The notes beneath the pieces are model-generated. The model saw only the letters and a program-made list of their open reading frames with translations. It did no database searches and had not been told where the DNA came from. 64,000 bases of DNA from Balanoglossus misakiensis (Eukaryota; Animalia; Hemichordata), in NCBI GenBank assembly GCA_040954595.2, contig CM082578.2:14104304-14168303 (forward strand). The letters run 5' to 3'. The position numbers and the translations under genes were made by a program. Positions within the stretch are counted from its first letter, which is position 1. Every line of letters begins with the position of its first letter. Positions 48,774 through 60,350 of the stretch are shown here, piece after piece.

Positions 48774-51700
48774 ATGTCGACGAAAAATGCATCCACGGCA
48801 AACGGCAGCCAGGTGCCCGGCGACGTCAAACGACATCTCCGACACAGCGACCCCGTACTGTACGACCGAGTCTCAAGGATGCATCCCGTCCTGCGCCGGC
48901 GAAGCATTCTCTCCACGTTGTCTGTGTTGAACAACTCGACAGGGAGACAAGGAAGGCGTCGAACTAAACGAGCGTCAAGTTTGAGGGACACCGTAAAGGA
49001 AAAGGCAGCCACCACCAAAATAAGGCACCCGAGTAGATCGGACAGTGAAATGAGTTACGATATTAATCAAAACATCATTAGGCGAAAAAGCAGCATTACT
49101 TCTGGGGGAATGGTGAATATATTTCGCGTAAGAAAGCAAATGAAAAACAAAGCACAGAGTATTCGACAGGTAAGGATATAAACATGTCTTCTGTCTACAA
49201 TTAAAAATGGTAGAAATCCAATGTCTTGAAACTCTAACAATGTACTGTACTGCAGGAAACTCGTGACGGTACCTCTGTGTGTCTCACGTATGCATGCAGT
49301 CATATATACTAACTGCTGGCTGCAGTCGATCGACTGTCGCGCAGACAAGGGCAGGCTGACACTTGCCTTGGCAATATCAGCAAATGCATAGAACCCAGCA
49401 ACCAATGATCAAGTGTTCGTCATGAATACAACAATAGTCGCTTGTCAACGACTGATCTCCTATAAGCTGAAGTTTATATGAAATTCGGTCACAAAAGCCC
49501 GACAAAATTCGCTGCAACCTGCACTGGCAGAGAATTTCCCATGAGAGGCTGACATCACTGTTTTCTCACAGACACGTGAAGTGATATTGAAGTGTCATTT
49601 TTAGAACACCACCTGTTGCTCTTATGCAGCTGTCTCGTGACTTGATCCGACAGGGTGCCTAACACCTGTAGTCAGGGTACTTCCAAAACGCCCCGGATGA
49701 TTGAACTATTACTTCAAATTGTGTCAACAATTTCGCATATGTCTAGTGTCAATGTCTGTGTTACATAATGTATCACCTGTGGAAATTCATACAATCTCTC
49801 ATTTGGGTACATGAATACGATTCACTTCATAAACTTCATGGGCTACTTGTTTATTATTTATAAAGGTTATTATATTCGTGGATAATTTATTCCAAACTTT
49901 CGTCCTCGTGGGGCCGAATTTTAAACTGCTTGTTTGTTCTCCATATTTCAGCGGAAGTTGCATAGAATTTTTCGCGCCTTGGCCAAAGTTACAATCGTGG
50001 TGCAACGACTGTGTGAAATGCATTATCAGCAAGTCAGGTAGGATTAACTGAAACCCAAGGTCGCCATGTCTTTTCTTTCACCCAGATTACTCAACCGGTT
50101 TTCTCCCGCTAAAAAGTGTTCGTTTATCAATTGCTTTGTATATTCTTACTGTTGGTTTGTATTTCCTGTCGTAAGGTTAGTGGCGCACAGTTTTGACTAT
50201 CTCGCGGGGTTTCAAACTTGGTCGCTATGACAACCAATCGATACCATTTGAGATTTTATCTTCTACAACAGAAGTAGACTATAGTAACTGGAAGTAGACG
50301 AATGACACCTCGTGATGGAAGTGATGACTTCTGTTCACTATACTGCAAAGTGCTGATGTAGATTTACAAGCATAGATTTAATGGTATAAGCTGAATAATA
50401 TCGTGAAATAATCTCATTGCATTCCTTTTTATTTCCTTTACATATTCCTCCCACCACGGCACACTTACACAGGAACGACGCGACAAAGAATTTAACATTC
50501 GCACAGCTTCATGTCACCCCAGCAGATGATCTGATGTTTGATGTGACGCAATATAAAGCAAACAAAGAGGTTAGTCGGTGAATAACTTGTTATAATTGTT
50601 GCCTTTTGGTCAGAGATCACCAGCACGAGGTATATAATATGCACACGATTTCTCACGTTCGTTTATTCTAAACTAACTTATTTTGTCCTTGATAGCTGCG
50701 GATATCTAAAGAGTCGAGACAAATCCTGATAAAACCGCCGAAAGAGAGAACAGAACAAGAAATTTACCAGGTAAGACAAGCCTTTGAGTGAAGTTATGCG
50801 CGTTGTCATGGTAAATTTAATAAAGAGGCGTCACATTCAAACGCGGATCAGTGATCATCAACTTTTTATCATTTACTCACATTTCCACTTACTAGTGTGT
50901 GGATAATATTTCCCCTTTCCGATTCTTCTGCGAATGTAACGTTCGACCTTTATGAGGAGCAGTGGTGATGGATGATGCTAGTAACGCGTTGTTTGATTTC
51001 GGACAAAATTTAATGTACATTTACCTTTGCCAGCGCCACTTTCGAATATTCGACCTTCAAAATTCTCTTTTAGGTGACGATAGCGCTGAGAAATCTGAAA
51101 TCGATCGCCGAATACCCTGTGAGAATGCAGAGAAGGGTTGCCAGCGTTGGATGGTATGAATCATACGACAGTAAACGAGTGATCGTCAGAGAAGGACACA
51201 ATCCGCACTACTTCTACTTCGTCATTTCCGGTTCCGGTAATGTGATGCTCACTTGGCCTTTCCTCAGAACTAACAAATCTTCATCGAATTAGTAATTTCA
51301 CAAATTTTGACTGTATTATTATGATGTACTCTCGAGGAACAGATTTCAACATTACTGACTGACATTTCTTCGAATTTTATGACATGATTTCTTATTCATC
51401 GTGTTTTTCTCTCCCCAGTCGTAGTCACTGTCATGGACAGAGAAAAGAATCGAGCTCAGACGGTAGCTATCCTGAAACGCGGAGACAGTTTTGGGGTATC
51501 TATTGAAGTCCTATCTATATTACTACGTCAATATCTATTACTATGTCACTATCTAGTACTACGTCACTTTCGTCACAGACAAAAATACTTTCTTACTCCG
51601 TGTATGCGTGCGGAGAAGAAACGCCCATTCTCGATTTCGACAATCGAACTTGTTTCATTTTATTCTTGCCATTTCAGGAACTGGCCTTTCTGAACAGATC

Positions 51701-53340
51701 AAGGCGGACAGCGACAGTGACATCACGGGAGTTCATTGAACTCTTGTGTGTATCGGCTGAGGTGAGGGATGCACAAACCTATCACACATGTGTGAAACGT
51801 AAAACCAAAATTGCAAAACGCCATTCTACGTTATCGAATGAGTATTTATCAGTTGTTGAAACCTAAACCCCGGGAGATTATTGAAGCGACAGTAATGATA
51901 TAACTTTGGGCCATTTTTTTCCATGGTCTTGTTTGAAATGGCATTTTCAATTTATCTAAGTAGGTGATAATTGGTACTGAATCACTCAGTTCGCATGTTC
52001 ACCTGGCCTTTTCAAGAAAACGTACACCAAGACTATTTATGTTCGGTTCCATGAGCTCAGAATAACTTCATCGTGATTCTCTTTATTGGACAGGATTTTA
52101 CCAGCATTTTCATGTCCGGGGGCGTGAAGACACTTAATGACCCTGACCACGGCGCTTTTATAAAGTAAGTTTCCAATCAATACCTATTTCCATGGTAACA
52201 ATACAAAGGAGTATATTTTCACTTGAATTGGTATTTTATATCTGCAATACTGCACAACGTAACAATTCAAATATAACCTTCTCTTTATGACACAGAGGTA
52301 TCAACTTCCTGAGGGGCTGGCCTCTTGAACTGCTTGAAGAAAACCCAAAGATGTGTATATTCAATTACTTTAAGTAAGTAACATTTTTAACTTTGTCATT
52401 TTATGCCCTTTGGTTAAGTAATTAGTGATAGTTTGCGATTCAGTAATAGTAGCAAGGAGACTGTTTTCCAGTGCCAAGCTCGCTTTGACATCTTCTAATC
52501 TAATTCAGGGTAAGTTTTTATCACGACTAAGCTAATAACCAAATCTTATCGTCAAGTTTTATATGAAACTAATGGGATGAACGCTTTTCTATATTTACAC
52601 GGTCGATAATCAGTCAAGATTGTTGAGCAGTGACTACTGACGCACACATGTTACTTTTGGGAAACAGACCTTTGACATAGATAGAACGTCAAGGTCAAGA
52701 CTGTGACATGTTGCATATATCGAACTCGCTTTTAAATCGAAGCTAATAGCCGTCTAAGTGCAAATGTGTTCGATTAATTTGACTTTCTTCTTTATCAGAA
52801 GTGGTACCGTCCTGGTGAAGGATAGTAAACAGTCAGACTGGATTTACATCGTTAAATCGGTAAGCCTGACTCTCTCGGGGTCAGAGGTTATCTGCCTGAA
52901 TGACGCATCAGTTTTCTTCCTATCAGGATTTAATTTGCTTAAAAGCTTTTTTACTCACTCCATTTAGTTCGTTGTCTATACCGTAAGATTGAACCATCGG
53001 CTGTGCAGGGGGAGAGGTACATTTTTGCAAGTAATAAATTCGTCCCTTTACGACGCAAACAAATAAACACTTCCAGGACTACAAATATAGGCCCTAAAGG
53101 GTTTTCCATGCATACTAATATACATGTCCCTGGCGTTAAAATATTGCTTCACATTCTTTTCAAAGGGGAGCTGTTCAGTTCTGAAGAAGTTGAAGCAAGT
53201 GAAGCCGAGGCTGAAACAGCGTAAAACGGCAGATCATCCGTCAGGTAAGTGTATGCACACTGTACATGTATGATAAACATCCCTCATGGAACAATTGTGC
53301 AAAAAATACAAATGCTTAATTCCGTGAAGACTTTAAAAGA

Positions 53341-53387
<47 letters not shown>

Positions 53388-56124
53388 CTTTAGACTTGGT
53401 GGCGCTGCACATAAGCCTCAGCAGAGTCTATTACGGATCTTGATACAGATTTTTCTGTATATTTTAGACGATGAATGCCAGGACAAAGGCAGAGACATTG
53501 GCCATTTATCAGTCTTAGAACTGAAAACCGCCGAGCTTGTGGACAAGAAGAAAGAAGACCTCAAGAAAAACTTGGCATTGAAGTTGTTAATGCCCAAAAT
53601 CACGACGAGTGTTGAGTTTGACGATACCAGATCCGAGTACAGTCGAGTGCCCTCAGCGACAACAATTGACAGGGGCAGTGGAAGGCATACGCCAACGGAC
53701 GGTCGAGTCCTTCAACATGAAACCAAACGAATATTTTCAGGGATTCGCCAAAAGGTGTCAAATTCTGGAGATGGGGACGCAGTTGCGAAAAAGAAAGAAG
53801 AAAACGTCGATCCTCCAACTTCCGCTGGGTTTGCTACGGTAATATCATCTCATCTCCTCGTTCGGGCATGATCATATCACACGAGGCCGTGCCATTTTGA
53901 CGATGACCTCGTGACCCTGCTGCAGGAGAGATTGGGAAGGTCCGTGCACTAATCAGAATAAAAATGGCATCATTTTCAGGCTGTCGCGCGATATTCTAAA
54001 TCACATGTACATATTGAGGGTGCAAGAGTGTCATCTTTTCCAGTATGGTCGATCACATTTTGAACGAGTATAAAGATGTAGGCCTATCTGACTCTACGCG
54101 AACAAGCGAACTAGATTCTTGACAGCTCTCGAACAAAAGCTTTGATCAATATGTATGGTATAGGTGACGCGGGAAATGACGGGAACGGCGAGAGGACTCG
54201 TGTGTGGTTTATCAATACCTGATATACAGATTATTTATTGCCGTTAACATCGTCATCATCAGCATTCATCATCCCCCATGACTTGTTCATCAAGCTGGCC
54301 GATCGATCATCATGATACATTAATTTTTTAATACTGTTTGCTGTCTAGGGACCCTTTTTGGCTCGTACTTTGAAGAGATTGGAAATAGATGAGCTGGCAG
54401 AAAAGAAGAAATGGGATAAAACGAGTACTTTGACTGGTCTGAGTAAGAAACCATTGCCGCCTTTTTTATGTTCAGAATGTCATTGTACTAGTAGTTTATG
54501 TTCTTTATGAGTCGGGGTGTGAATTTGGGCGCGTGTTTCGTCAATGAGACCTATCATGTACTTTTCTCGTGTATATGACTTGCATGATTTCACTTTTCTG
54601 TTGGCAAAAAAAAACGAGTGATCGATTATACGAAGTCCCCCCTTACATGATTAAGTATCGGAAATAATCCCATTAACGAATAAATCCAGTTTTGTTTCAC
54701 TTGTTCCTTCACACCACAGTGACGCTGTGTCACCATAACATTTGCCTATTCATTTCTTTTCACTGCAGGTTTCGAAGACGAATACCTCGTGCAAGGCAAT
54801 CAAAGGACGATAGCGTACGACTTGAATTACGGATACAAAAACGTGAGTGACACTCTCTTAGCATCAGCCACTTGTAATCTGTGATTAACATAGTGCTTCA
54901 TCAGTCACTTGCAATCGAGGATGGCAGAGTTTAATTTCCGTGGAATGTTATACAAATAGCTACTCTAAATCTGAGAGCGTTTCATCACTGCCACTTGTTT
55001 CCTTTGTTTACCAGGAAGCAGAAACTGATTTCAAGCCAACATTCGTCCGCGTCCAGACACTTGTAAAGGGCGCTGTGTTTGTAAGTACAAAGTATCAGAA
55101 ATATAAGACGCACACGGAGACGGAATTTCGCGATAGAATCGTAGACAGGCTCCGTCGGAGCATAATACGGTGATTTATTTCAGCGAATTGAACTATTAAC
55201 TATTCACCAGACCTTATCCTGCTCAGTCATCGCGATGGATGTCTCACTTTCCGTCATGTGAAATAAAAAAAATTTTTTTACCTGTAGATCGATGTCATAG
55301 GAGTACATTGTATTATCAAATTATCGACTTTTTTCGTCTTAAATTATTAGGGTTTGACAGAAATGCTATTCGACAGCCAACCTAGCCTGAGTCTGGTCAG
55401 CAACGGAGCAGAATGTATCGTCATTTCCAAGAAACTGTTCTTGGAACACGCCGATGATGATCAAATGACCCGTCTCAGACTCGAGGTAACAAGAACTTTA
55501 CATATCCATGGTTTTGACACTTCCTCACGCCTTTTAACACGCAAAACATCTGTTTTCTGTTTATCTCCTTGTGCATGTCTCTCTGTCTATCTCTCTTTTT
55601 CCCTTTGTCTCGCCCCACTCATACACATACTATACCACCGCTTGCCTACCAACCTGCGTACCTTCTATATAACCAACCAACCAACCAAGCGACATACCCC
55701 ACTACTTCCGCGCCTACCTACTTACCCACATACCAATACCCACATAACTAACTGCCTTTCTGCCTGCCCGCCTTTCCTGACGGGTTAACGTTCTCCCTAC
55801 TACCTAACGATGGATGACTTCAGTCTGTCTTTGATAAAGATCTTGTCTTGTCTTGCCGCCAGCTTTGCCCCTTCGATATCTATTTACCAAGCAGCACATA
55901 TTACCGGAGTATCTAGCCAGCTCTTTGTAGATACAGTAGTTGATGAGTCACCATGTCTGTTTCAGGAAAGACCATACATCACAGACGAAGAAATGCAGAG
56001 CAACCTAGAGAAGCAACTGCACTGGGACATGTACCGTAAGATGACAATGCGCAGAGCTGCTATGGCTGTTAAACAGCGCAAGTCCAACAAGAAGGAGTCC
56101 CTAAGATTTGGCGTTTTAATCTAA
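48774..56124 (+). CDS. Cyclic nucleotide-binding domain-containing protein 2-like, 17 coding exons, about 721 aa
   Basis: Exons 48774-49169, 49952-50037, 50473-50569, 50696-50770, 51074-51236, 51419-51495, 51678-51761, 52094-52164, 52296-52373, 52799-52859, 53166-53244, 53468-53838, 54349-54442, 54769-54842, 55015-55080, 55351-55485 and 55966-56124 (2166 nt, in phase). cNMP-binding motifs VIVREGH..FYFVISGS, GDSFGELAFLNRSRRTATV and WIYIVKSGSC; C-terminal LSLVSNGAECIVISK. Confidence 0.88.
51518..51571. repeat. 18-bp tandem repeat x3 (intronic)
   Basis: tattactacgtcaatatc / tattactatgtcactatc / tagtactacgtcactttc. Confidence 0.8.
53327..53392 (+). mobile_element. Poly(A) insertion with 9-bp target-site duplication (severely 5'-truncated retro-insertion)
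   Basis: AAGACTTTA (53327-53335), then AAAGAC and an A-run (53342-53385, 44 A), then AAGACTTTA (53384-53392). Confidence 0.6.
55640..55808. repeat. Degenerate CCTA/CCAA/CCTG low-complexity tract (intronic)
   Basis: cctaccaacctgcgtacc..aaccaaccaaccaaccaa..cctacctacttacc..ctgcctgcccgcc. Confidence 0.7.
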
Positions 56125-59100
56125 TATGCAAATGAAGACAGGTGCTTCAATGGAGTCAAACCAGTACGCCTTATTGGATGTTTGGCCTTTGACCGTGCCA
56201 ACACTTGGCAGCACATGATAATTTTCACACGCGCAGCTCATAATTTCAGTTTTCGACGAAGAGGACATTTTTGACGAACCCTCTCCACATCGTGTTACAT
56301 TTCTTTGAATTTTCGCCGTAAAGTGATGGCAATAGACAAGTCCTAATCAGTTAGCACTGGAGCTATTGTATTTGCTACTGGAACGACGAAGTCGGTCATG
56401 GATCAACATCCACCGACATCACATTATGTTTGTGACAACGCTCCAGCTACTGAAGTGGGGGCGCCATTGCAGCCAAGAAAATGTTTTCCCTGCTTGAGAC
56501 GAAAGTGTTCCTGTTTTGTATTTTCAAACTTGAATGAAAGCTGCGATACGGTATAGAAATGTTTAAGTCAGTATCGTCTTACAAAATATGTTTGATATCA
56601 TTTTTAAAGGTCTGTATTTACTTGGATAGATTTATTTTCGAACCGATGGCAATGCGTGCGTTCTGTATGCTTGGCCCCTGCATGCAAGTGTAGGACCGTA
56701 TGTCAAAAGTCATAATACGTAGTTGACATACGGGTAACTAGGCACAGGGGCATCAGCGGCCGCATTGTGTTTCGAGTCAAACATGAATGAGTTCCTCGCC
56801 TTGGTTTTGTTTCACAGCGTTCACACAACTTTTGTACATAACACTAGCTGAATTTGGTTCCGACTACACTTTTAGTTGTCGAAGATTACACTGTCAATCG
56901 ACTCGACTGTCTGTGATATAACTAATGATGTAAAGTTGAGTAATATTGCGTACTTGAAGGTAACGCTCGTTTCTTGAATTATCTGGGGACATTTGTTCAA
57001 TGTTATGCATCGTAAACGGTATGACCTCTTTTATCAACAACAAAAAAACGATTTCTCATGAACAACAACGGTGGCCATATTTTCCAGTGGGGCCATAAAA
57101 TGCATGTTTATCGTGCTCGTTGTAATTTCTATGGTCCAATTTCACCCTGCCAAATGTTTTATAAGTAATACATTCTGAGATTAATTAAAAGGTGATTCCG
57201 TACTTTGGACTCGGAAGAACATGTTCTACTGAGTTGATCACATGATATGTCTAACTTGATAGTAATGACAATACACTTTTACTAAACTGAATTTGCCTAG
57301 TATAGCTCAGACAGGTCATTTCGGAGTGAAGGTCGTTTAACAGGAGGACTTGTGGAAGAGTAAAATACATAAGAAGGTCGCTAAATGGGAGGGGAGATTA
57401 TATGGTTAAAGCATCGATCTTTATGCCTAGAATGATCGCACCATTGTTAAAGGGTGTGGGAAGTGTGTTGGGTGCGGCTAAATATTGATGAGATGTCAGC
57501 GGTATCATGACAGGCGATATATCATCAACATCTGCGCCGTATTTTATCAATTTTCAAAACATTGATCACATTTTATAACTGCTTATTATCATGTGAGATC
57601 CTCGCTGGAGTTGTTCATGTATATCTCAAATATCAAATTTAAATAGTTTGGGTATACCCGCAATTGCCAACTCGTAAAAGCACCATTGTTTATAAATAGA
57701 GGATCAAATGAAAGCTATTATCCCTTTCAAATTATGCTCTATTCATATTTCCTATACTTTCTGCCATACTGTCAACTTGGTTTGTCAGTTGTTTGTATAC
57801 ACTTTGCGAGTCAATCGCATGTGGTTTAAAAGTCTGGAATAAACTGGTCTCTTCTGAAAAACAAACGTGTACATCGTTTGGAAAAGTCAATGAAGCTTGA
57901 TGTATAACATCAGCGAGACGCGAACGACAGTGATCGATCTTCGGGCATTTTAAATATTTTTTCAATTGTCACCTGGAAATGGAAAGGTCAAAGTATATTG
58001 AATCCGTATTTGTCAAGTTGAAGCCTACAAGATGAGCCGAGGATATCAACTAATTTGTATTTTAATTACTTTTTTAACTACTTATGGACCCAAGTCGACG
58101 CCAGTTTTCAATTATGTATGATACTGAACGCATTGGATTTTCATCTAATAGCTTGGAGGATCATCTGGATGTATTATTTAAGATCGTAATCACTGATAGC
58201 ATGCGTGCCGACGGAGGCAGATGTAGTTTTTAAGTTGACTACACTCTACATTGCACACAGGTGGTAAATATTACACAGAGGACTCATCATGAGAGGTTTT
58301 TGATAATAACTGTCTCTTTGCACAGAGACTGGTGGCTAGCAGCTGGACAGTCGGGTGCACCATTACATGGTATTAATATATGTTCTACTGTGTTATTTCA
58401 AATATAAGCTCGAACAGCCTACAATCACGAACAAAAATCGTTTATTGAAAACGGGCATGACAATCATGAATTAAGAATATACAACGATTTAATACCAATC
58501 ACAAAACGGTTAGTCTGAATATACTGGCCTTCAACAGATTCCTAAAATTTCACTATTAAATGGAATCCAAATATGAAAAAAATATGCCATACCAATTAAA
58601 CGAGAAAGCATGCAATTGGTAGAAACCGGAGCAAACTTTACACCACACATAGACAACATCGGTCGGAGCTAAAACGCCTGTGCAAAACATCAGAGCGTGT
58701 TGCCGTTTGATATACCTTTTCATTGAAAAGTTGTTTCGCCTTTTTTACGAGAGATCATAATTCAGAGCGTTTACGGATTATCTAAAGAGATTATCAATCG
58801 TTGAAAAAGAGGAAATGTTATACTATATTATCGTTTTCTGATGAAAGACATTAAGTGAGTATAATGCAATCGGAAATATCGTTTGTCATGGACTGCCGGA
58901 GTACAATCAACTATTTCCTTGCACGTTTAAAATACGTCTGTACTTACGTCACTAACGACCAACTACATTAAAAACACGATATAATCGACACACACGTATG
59001 TTTGACAGAACTGACTTGAATGTTAAGAAAATCTTAATTTGTGAAAAATAGTGTGCGATGCTATTTTCACCCAAGGCGCCGTTGAGCGAGGTATAATAAT

Positions 59101-59216
59101 TAAATTTGAGCCGTACTTTCTGCGGCGCAGATCACTTGGTTCAGTTACAGGGATGCAATACAACTGTTTTGAAAGTTCATTATGCTATGAGAGGGGGTTA
59201 TCCTCTTTTTCACAGT

Positions 59217-60350
59217 TCACAGTTTCTCCATCGGGATGTTGTAAGTTATATTATGGCGACGGATCGAAGCATTTCTGCTTCGGAACGAATTGCACTGCGT
59301 CATTCCCGACTCAACAATGTTCTCGCTGCTTTGCGAGCCTCTGGAACGCACGTTTGTCCGACAGAGGAAGGCGTCTCTGAACGCCCTTCTGTACCTGCGG
59401 CTGGCAGCGTTGTAGACAACTGGGTTGATGATGGCGTTGACGATCAGTAAAAAAATCGACAGGTTGAAGAAACAGTCGGACAAATAATTGGAAATCCACA
59501 CTATGTTGAAAATCTGGAAGAGTTCGTTGATCATTCGGAGCACGTATGGCAGCAAACAGGTGACGAAAACTATGGCTGTGATCAAGCACACCCGAATCAC
59601 CTGTTTCTCGTTCTCTCTGGCGGACCGCCGTGTGACGATCTTGCTTCGCGATGCTTCCAACAGTCTACAGGCAATCAACAGGTAGAACGACAAAACCATG
59701 ACGATCATCACCACGAAGGTGATGATGGTGATGAGTAACCGAGTTACGTACAAACTGGTAGTCGGGCGGAAACACCCGACCAGTGCGGGAGAGCTGAGAA
59801 CGACAGCCGGCAGCCAGGATGATGTGGCCACGAGCCACAACCACTGCCTACCGTGTCCCGATGTTGGCGAGCCCTTGGCCAGGGGCCGGCTGATGGCGAT
59901 GTACCGTTCGACGCCTATCAGCGCGATGGTCATGATGGAGGCGAAGAAACTCGCCGAGATCATAAAGTCTGTAGAGCACCTGAATCCGTCATTCAAAATC
60001 AGCATGAAACAAACTAAGTCATTGTCAAAATGACAAAATATGGTCACCGAGTTGACACTGAGGTAAACCAAGTCGGCCACAGCCAGGCTGCACAGATATA
60101 GGTTGGTCACAGTTTTCATGTAGGGCAACTTTAACACCACATAGAGAAAAGCTCCGTTGCCGACTAGGCCCAGAATTGTCAGGACGGCGCCGACTACATG
60201 CTGGACCTCCCGTTCCAGAGCACATGCATCCGCGATGCCTTCGTAGGGAAAAGAAATGTTACCACCTGTCGACAGGTCGTGGTGGCTAGAGTTCGTGGCG
60301 TTCCAAGGTCTTGCGTCGTCGCCATTCGTGGTATAGAGAATGCTAACCAT
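59217..60350 (-). CDS. Orphan class-A GPCR, intronless CDS
   Basis: GCCATGG start at 60350. N-glycosylation sequons NAT/NSS/NIS; TM1 GLVGN, TM2 TNLYLCSLAVADL, TM3 ERYIAISRP, TM6 CLLPY, TM7 NAIINPVVY, helix 8 SRRYRRAF. Confidence 0.93.
   Translation of the reverse strand: MVSILYTTNGDDARPWNATNSSHHDLSTGGNISFPYEGIADACALEREVQHVVGAVLTILGLVGNGAFLYVVLKLPYMKTVTNLYLCSLAVADLVYLSVNSVTIFCHFDNDLVCFMLILNDGFRCSTDFMISASFFASIMTIALIGVERYIAISRPLAKGSPTSGHGRQWLWLVATSSWLPAVVLSSPALVGCFRPTTSLYVTRLLITIITFVVMIVMVLSFYLLIACRLLEASRSKIVTRRSARENEKQVIRVCLITAIVFVTCLLPYVLRMINELFQIFNIVWISNYLSDCFFNLSIFLLIVNAIINPVVYNAASRRYRRAFRDAFLCRTNVRSRGSQSSENIVESGMTQCNSFRSRNASIRRHNITYNIPMEKL

Noticed and set aside
57320-57395. GGTCG(T/C)T..A..GGAGG doublet resembling a mariner-type MITE end
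   Set aside because: No partner TIR or TSD was found.
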